Of a stretch of 64,000 bases of DNA, positions 58,693 through 64,000 are shown piece by piece; the stretch's first letter is position 1; every line of letters starts with the position of its first letter. Origin of the DNA: Geopsychrobacteraceae bacterium (GTDB lineage: Bacteria; Desulfobacterota; Desulfuromonadia; Desulfuromonadales; Geopsychrobacteraceae). The stretch lies in assembly GCA_963676795.2 (NCBI GenBank), contig CAXXTB010000002.1:1984001-2048000 (forward strand), given 5' to 3'. Both the position numbers and the translations under genes were made by a program. The notes under the pieces are model-generated. The model ran no database searches. It worked only from the letters and a program-made list of their open reading frames with translations, and was not told the DNA's origin.

Positions 58693-59022
58693 TCAGGAGG
58701 CATCAGCATCCGCTGCGGCCGCTTGAATTTCACCGTCAGTTGGGTGGTCACCAGCTACCGCAGTAGAGTCATCGATAGTAGCAGACTCAGAGCCCGAGGT
58801 ATAGATCTTGGTCCCTTGGGAATGACCGGCAGCGACAATATAGGAGGCCTGGTCGGTCGAGGTATCTGCAGTCAACAAAACATTGGTCGAGGTTACGTAG
58901 TCGGACAACAGGTCGCTATCAGCAACGGTGGTACCATCCTCATCAAAATCGGTCGCGGCGATGGCACTTACGGACAGGCCAAGAACAAACATCATCACCA
59001 GAAAAATAGAAATCTTTTTCAT
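58693..59022 (-). CDS. PilA-C-like partner (C-terminal half of the split pilin)
   Basis: Own RBS GGGAGAG and Sec signal peptide; Y.TS.NV...Y...AGHSQG.K.Y.SGS pattern; directly downstream of the short pilin. Confidence 0.75.
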   Translation of the reverse strand: MKKISIFLVMMFVLGLSVSAIAATDFDEDGTTVADSDLLSDYVTSTNVLLTADTSTDQASYIVAAGHSQGTKIYTSGSESATIDDSTAVAGDHPTDGEIQAAAADADAS

Positions 59023-59041
59023 GTTCAACTCTCCCATATCC

Positions 59042-59257
59042 TTAAATAGCTGTATATTCTTGATTGTCGGCAAAATCGGCTTCCATGGTTGTCTTGAAAT
59101 TACGGACATCGCTGGCAGCAGCAGAATCATAGGCACGCTCACGATAAGCGGCAAACTGAGGGATGGCGATGGCAGCCAGAATACCAATGATCGCAACAAC
59201 GATCAGCAGTTCGATCAGGGTAAAACCCTTTTGGTCCTTACGGAACTTTTTCAGCAT
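59042..59257 (-). CDS. pilA: Short type IVa pilin PilA-N (60-aa mature)
   Basis: KG|FTLIELLIVVAIIGILAAIAIPQF; RBS AGGAGA best spaced for ATG 59257. Confidence 0.95.
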   Translation of the reverse strand: MLKKFRKDQKGFTLIELLIVVAIIGILAAIAIPQFAAYRERAYDSAAASDVRNFKTTMEADFADNQEYTAI

Positions 59258-59337
59258 GTTCATGTCTCCTTTTTAGTTGTGTTCTGCGATGACCCTACGT
59301 GGCCAAAGCTCATTTCCATCTGCTTGCATCAATATAG

Positions 59338-59354
59338 AGCAAGCGATATGCCAA
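59338..59354 (-). promoter_or_regulatory. Sigma54 (-24/-12) promoter of pilA
   Basis: TTGGCATATCGCTTGCT, i.e. GG-N10-GC. Confidence 0.9.
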
Positions 59355-59524
59355 CCGTTCTTTCATGTGAGATCTTTTATCACAATTATTTAACCATGTA
59401 CATTAAAAAAAACAAACTACTTATTTTATTACGTTTTTTTTATGCTTATAGCACATGAACATATGGCATTCACATCGTGCCGGAAGTGAAAAGAACATAT
59501 ACCCTATCTGAATCTTAAAAAAAC

Positions 59525-59562
59525 TGACATTTTGCGTCACACGATGTGACAAATTTTGTCAC
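59525..59562. promoter_or_regulatory. Putative PilR upstream activating sites
   Basis: Two TGAC-N7-GTCA palindromes 22 bp apart, about 170-210 bp upstream of the sigma54 promoter. Confidence 0.65.
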
Positions 59563-59593
59563 TTCATACAGAACAGAAGATTCTACCGTCTAT

Positions 59594-60973
59594 TCAGGAC
59601 AGATCATCATTGATACCAAGCTTATCCAAGCGGTAACGGATGGACCTGAAGCTTATCCCCAACAATTCTGCAGCCTGTTTGCGCACACCCCCCGATTTTT
59701 CTAGTGCTTTCAGGAGCATCGTTCTTTCTATGTCCTCCAACCATTCCTCAAGATTAAATTTATCGGGAATTTCCAACAGCATCTCCGTACTTTGCGATGA
59801 CGAATTTTTCAAATGAGCAGGAAGCGTCTCCAAAGTCATCCGCCCGTCCTCATCAAGAACAACACTGCGCTCGACAAGGTTTTCCAGCTCCCTGATATTC
59901 CCCGGCCAACCATAATTGTACAACCTTTCCAGCACAGACTTATCCAAATGATACTCAGTGCTGCCGGTCAAGCGCTGATAGAAATTTTCCATCAATAACG
60001 GGATATCTTCAAGCCGATGACGAAGAGGTGGCAACTCCATCGAAACAACATTCAAACGGTAATAAAGATCCTCACGGAAAGTACCACGCTTGACCATATT
60101 TTCCAGATTCTGATTCGTTGCTGCAACCAAACGGATGTCGAGTGGAATATTGGTGGTTCCTCCAACGCGACGAAATTCCCGCTCCTGCAAAACCCTGAGA
60201 AGCTTCACCTGCATCCCCATCGGCAATTCGCCAACTTCGTCCAGAAAAAGGGTACCCTTATCGGCAGATTCAAAAAGGCCCTCCTTACGCTTTTCCGCTC
60301 CAGTAAAGGCTCCCTTTTCATGCCCAAAAAGTTCACTCTCGAGTAAATTTTCCGGAATAGCACCACAATTGATAGGAACAAAGGGTTTATCTTTTCTTGG
60401 GCTATTCTGATGGATCGCTTTTGCGACAACCTCTTTACCTGTGCCACTCTCACCAGTAATGAGGACATTGGCCTGACTTGGAGCAACACGCTCAAGAAGA
60501 GAAATCACCTTCATCATAGACGGGCTTTTACCGATAAGACACTGAAATGAAAATCTTTGGCCAAGCTGCTGCTTAAGTTGCCGGTTTTCTTCTTTTAAAG
60601 CTTTCCGTTCCAGAGCATTTTTGACAACTACACGGATCTCATCATTTTTAAAAGGCTTGGTTATGTAGTCATACGCACCAAGCTTCATCGCTTCAACCGC
60701 TTCTTCCATCGAAGAAAAAGCCGTTAACATAACCACCGCAACCTCGTGCTCCTGCTCACGAAGTTGCTTGAGCAACTCAAGCCCCCCCATGACAGGCATG
60801 CGCATATCGGTGATAACCAGATCGAAACTGCCCTCCGATATTCGCTCGAGGGCATCTACTCCGTTTTTTGCCTGATGAACCTGATATCCTTCGCGTTGCA
60901 GCAAAATTGCCAGCATATCGCGCAAACTGGATTCATCATCAACGATCAGGATCTTAATATCAGAAACAGCCAT
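59594..60973 (-). CDS. pilR: Sigma54-dependent response regulator PilR
   Basis: REC domain, GESGTGKE, GAFTGA, WPGNIREL, GISFRSIRYRL HTH. Confidence 0.93.
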   Translation of the reverse strand: MAVSDIKILIVDDESSLRDMLAILLQREGYQVHQAKNGVDALERISEGSFDLVITDMRMPVMGGLELLKQLREQEHEVAVVMLTAFSSMEEAVEAMKLGAYDYITKPFKNDEIRVVVKNALERKALKEENRQLKQQLGQRFSFQCLIGKSPSMMKVISLLERVAPSQANVLITGESGTGKEVVAKAIHQNSPRKDKPFVPINCGAIPENLLESELFGHEKGAFTGAEKRKEGLFESADKGTLFLDEVGELPMGMQVKLLRVLQEREFRRVGGTTNIPLDIRLVAATNQNLENMVKRGTFREDLYYRLNVVSMELPPLRHRLEDIPLLMENFYQRLTGSTEYHLDKSVLERLYNYGWPGNIRELENLVERSVVLDEDGRMTLETLPAHLKNSSSQSTEMLLEIPDKFNLEEWLEDIERTMLLKALEKSGGVRKQAAELLGISFRSIRYRLDKLGINDDLS

Positions 60974-60975
60974 CC

Positions 60976-62601
60976 CTATCCCTCATGACCAAACTGGAGT
61001 TCAAAGCGGGCCCCCCCAAGTGAACCTCTGGAAATCCTCAAGCACCCCTGATGAGCTTCCATGACAGAGTAAACCGAAGCCAGACCAAGTCCCGCTCCCT
61101 GCTCCTTGGTTGAGAAAAAAGGTTCAAAGATTTTAGCTTCTACGTCCTCAACAACCCCAGGCCCGCTATCTTCGACAAAAATATAGTTTGTGCCCTCAGC
61201 GCAGGCGCTGATGCGGATAAATCCATGACCGTCGAGCGCCTCCGCTGCATTGATCGCTAAATCCCAAAGCGACTGAACTATCAAGGCACGATCCAAATGG
61301 ATCGTACAATCGGCCGGGATATCAACCCTAATCTCTACACCGCTGAAGCGGCTATCGGCCTTTAGCATAAGAACGAGATCCTGAACCATCTCACAAACAT
61401 TCACCGGTAACTTTGATATCGGTTTTGGCCGGGCAAAATTTAAAAAATTGGTAATCAAAGCGTTTAACCGTTCCGCCTCTTTGACCACAATCTTCATGAT
61501 CCGCTGATCTTCCTGCTTTACACCATCTCCTTCAAGCAACAACTGAACCGCGCCACTGATTGAGGCCAGAGGGTTCCTTATTTCATGGGCGATTCCGGCG
61601 GAAAGCCGACCAATCGCAGCCAGCCGGTCAGCCCTCTTTAATTCTTCTTCGGTCTGTTTTATCTGAGTCAAATCCTGAAAAGTGACAAGAACCCCAAGGT
61701 ATTCTCCTTGACCGCCCTTCACTGGCGTTATCGTATATCCCAATATCAGGTTTTCACCCGACTTGCGAACCTGAGAAAACTCCGACCGACTCAGCAGTTT
61801 CGCTTCGGGATCAAAATCGACTTCGAAGTCAGAAAAAAAAATCCGGTAATTATGGCCAAGAACTTCACCGGATGAAAATCCAGTAATTTCACTTGCAGAG
61901 CGATTAAACGAAAGCACCTTTCCATCTGGGCTCAGTAACATCAGACCACTCGGAATCTGGAACAGAATGGCCCTGTTTAGCTTCTCCAGTTCTTCATAAT
62001 CGATATTTTTCTTCAGTAACTGCCTCTCGCTGAAACGCCAACGCTCAGCCAACGTGCCGCTAAGTAGAGCCGTTAGCAGAAAAGCAAAAGCATGTACAAA
62101 GAGAGTTGAAAGATAAGTCGATGCTGCAGCATTTCCTCGACCAAGATCGATAAAATCCAGATAGCCGAAATACTGCAGATCCAGAGTGCCGCCCAAAAGG
62201 ATTATGGCACACAGGGAAGAGAGAATTGTCAAGCGCCGCGACAGTAAAAAACTCGCCGCTACAATGACCAGAAGGTAGGAAAACGGGAATACGCTGTCGA
62301 TCCCACCGGAAAGCAGCAGCAGCGCAGTCACAAAAAGCAGGTCCCAAACAATTTGAACTTGCGAGAACAGGTATCTGTTCGAGACAGACTGAAGAAGAAG
62401 CGATGAAACAATTGCCTGCAGGTAAGCAACAACAATCAGAATCAGGAGAGGTACGATGCTTGTCTGTGCTTCTTCACCCTGGAAATGCAAAAAAGCCGCA
62501 CCACCGAGCAGAAACGTAACAACCGCGGTCCGACAGATTAAATACCATGTCAGGCTGCGGCTGCTATCAGCAAATTGACCTTTAAAATCAGCTCTCGTCA
62601 A
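60976..62601 (-). CDS. pilS: Sensor histidine kinase PilS
   Basis: 6 TMs with SGG..S.F, PAS, IAHEIRNPLASISG. Confidence 0.9.
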   Translation of the reverse strand: MTRADFKGQFADSSRSLTWYLICRTAVVTFLLGGAAFLHFQGEEAQTSIVPLLILIVVAYLQAIVSSLLLQSVSNRYLFSQVQIVWDLLFVTALLLLSGGIDSVFPFSYLLVIVAASFLLSRRLTILSSLCAIILLGGTLDLQYFGYLDFIDLGRGNAAASTYLSTLFVHAFAFLLTALLSGTLAERWRFSERQLLKKNIDYEELEKLNRAILFQIPSGLMLLSPDGKVLSFNRSASEITGFSSGEVLGHNYRIFFSDFEVDFDPEAKLLSRSEFSQVRKSGENLILGYTITPVKGGQGEYLGVLVTFQDLTQIKQTEEELKRADRLAAIGRLSAGIAHEIRNPLASISGAVQLLLEGDGVKQEDQRIMKIVVKEAERLNALITNFLNFARPKPISKLPVNVCEMVQDLVLMLKADSRFSGVEIRVDIPADCTIHLDRALIVQSLWDLAINAAEALDGHGFIRISACAEGTNYIFVEDSGPGVVEDVEAKIFEPFFSTKEQGAGLGLASVYSVMEAHQGCLRISRGSLGGARFELQFGHEG

Positions 62602-62606
62602 AACCC

Positions 62607-63821
62607 TTAACCACCGACAGTCCCCGCCAATTTGAAAATCGGCAGATACATTGCGATGACAAGACCGCCGACCGTCGTTCCCAGGAAGAGCATCAATAGC
62701 GGCTCCATCATCGAGGTCAGGGCATTAACCGATTCATCAACTTCCTCATCATAAAAGTCGGCTATCTTTGACAGCATGGTATCGAGCGCACCCGATTGCT
62801 CACCAACCTCGATCATCTGGCAGACCATTGGCGGAAAGACACCTGATGCTTTAAGAGGCTCCGCGATTGTCTTGCCCTCACTGATACTCTGCCTGACATT
62901 CGCAATTGCCTTTTCGATGGTTTTATTCCCAGCCGTCTTGCGTACGATGTCAAGACCGTCAAGAATTGGCACGCCACTTGAAATCATCGTCGACATCGTT
63001 CGTGAAAACTTTGCGACGGCGACCTTCCTGATCAGAATACCAAAAATTGGAAGCTTCAAAGCCCAGTGATCAAAAGTCGTACGCCCTTTTTCCGTTCTGT
63101 ATATTTTCTTCAAAACAAAAACCAGTACGGCAATAGCGACGATGATGAGGATAAAATAGTCCTGCACGAAATTACTCAGATTGATAACAATCTGAGTCGG
63201 GGCAGGCAATGCACCACCAAAATCAGCAAACATTTTTTCAAAGGCCGGAATAACGAAAATCAGAATAACAGCAATGACAACCAGAGCGATGCCTACGATT
63301 GTCGCCGGATAGGTCATTGCACTTTTGACCTTTTTGCGCAGGGCCTGAGCCTTCTCGATATATGCGGCCAGGCGGTTCAAAATCGTATCCAGAATACCGC
63401 CGACCTCACCTGCAGCCACCAAGTTGACATACAGGTCATTGAAGGCCTTGGGGTGTTTTTTCAAGGCATCTGCAAAGGTTGAGCCCGACTCAACATCAGC
63501 TTTGACTTGAGTCAGAACTTCCTTGAAGGTCACATTATCCTGCTGAGTTGCCAGGATATCAAGACACTGAACCAACGGCAGACCAGCGTCAATCATCGTC
63601 GCAAACTGTCGGGTAAATACGACAATATCTTTCAACTTGATTTTAGGCTTCAAGAACTTGATATTGATTTCGGCGTTCAGCCCCGACTTAGCCTTTATCT
63701 TATTAGCCTGGATACCTTGCCGGCGCAAGGTTGCGGTTACTGCCGATTCACTGGCGGCATCCATTGTTCCTTTAACCGATTTCCCATCACGTGCGCGTCC
63801 GGCCCAAGTAAATGTTGGCAT
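62607..63821 (-). CDS. pilC: Type IV pilus platform protein PilC
   Basis: FTRQFATMIDAGLP, GEVGG.LD, AMTYP, AMYLPIF. Confidence 0.96.
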   Translation of the reverse strand: MPTFTWAGRARDGKSVKGTMDAASESAVTATLRRQGIQANKIKAKSGLNAEINIKFLKPKIKLKDIVVFTRQFATMIDAGLPLVQCLDILATQQDNVTFKEVLTQVKADVESGSTFADALKKHPKAFNDLYVNLVAAGEVGGILDTILNRLAAYIEKAQALRKKVKSAMTYPATIVGIALVVIAVILIFVIPAFEKMFADFGGALPAPTQIVINLSNFVQDYFILIIVAIAVLVFVLKKIYRTEKGRTTFDHWALKLPIFGILIRKVAVAKFSRTMSTMISSGVPILDGLDIVRKTAGNKTIEKAIANVRQSISEGKTIAEPLKASGVFPPMVCQMIEVGEQSGALDTMLSKIADFYDEEVDESVNALTSMMEPLLMLFLGTTVGGLVIAMYLPIFKLAGTVGG

Positions 63822-63860
63822 GAGAAAAACCTTTCTTTATCATTTAACGTGAGTAAAAAA

Positions 63861-64000
63861 TTACATTCTACTCCCAGGATTAATTGCCCTTTGCCGGCTC
63901 AAGACAGAGGCCGGATTGGCAAACATCTGACGCAGCTCGTCCAGATCCTGTGAGCGCGCCATCGCGTCGTCCTGTGAAATTTGATGGCTGTGGGCCAGCA
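63861..64000 (-). CDS. pilT: 3' end of retraction ATPase PilT (partial)
   Basis: Hand translation LAHSHQISQDDAMARSQDLDELRQMF...M*; pilT-pilC order. Confidence 0.7.
   Translation of the reverse strand, partial: LAHSHQISQDDAMARSQDLDELRQMFANPASVLSRQRAINPGSRM

Noticed and set aside
58693..59199. 168-aa ORF suggesting a frameshifted full-length pilin or pseudogene
   Set aside because: The downstream part has its own RBS, ATG (59022) and signal peptide, matching the known two-gene PilA-N/PilA-C arrangement
1..64000. CRISPR array, rRNA or IS transposase
   Set aside because: No repeat-spacer periodicity, rRNA-like sequence or transposase motifs seen on manual reading

Overview
Chromosomal window from a Desulfuromonadales/Geobacter-like deltaproteobacterium (inferred from the short split pilin, pilSR/xap locus, lexA-dinB operon and mqnA). 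In order: (1) 1-9.9 kb, a catabolic cluster (TctA, acylating aldehyde dehydrogenase, TIM-barrel isomerase/dehydratase, ThDP enzyme, three transporters, type I dehydroquinase) that suggests an uncharacterised quinate/shikimate or cyclitol pathway. (2) 10-19.6 kb, two hybrid histidine kinases, a lexA-small ORF-dinB cassette with a clear palindromic operator, a LysR gene and satP. (3) 20-29.4 kb, a polyphosphate supercluster (ppk1, ppx, sixA, ppk2) ending in a CHAD-ParA-CYTH-lysine-rich HhH operon, my best candidate for an undescribed system (polyP-granule positioning). (4) 32.7-41.6 kb, an AT-rich ~8.8 kb element integrated in tRNA-Leu(TAA) with 58-bp direct repeats. It carries an integrase, an excisionase-like gene, a Rep_trans initiator with a candidate nick hairpin, an AvcD-type anti-phage dCTP deaminase with a possibly structured upstream RNA, and a type II restriction-modification pair. 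(5) 41.7-64 kb, housekeeping genes (mqnA, accCB, aroB) and a type IVa pilus locus with split PilA-N/PilA-C and an LtaS-family transferase that could modify the pilin. All calls come from reading motifs by eye; no database searches or computations were run.
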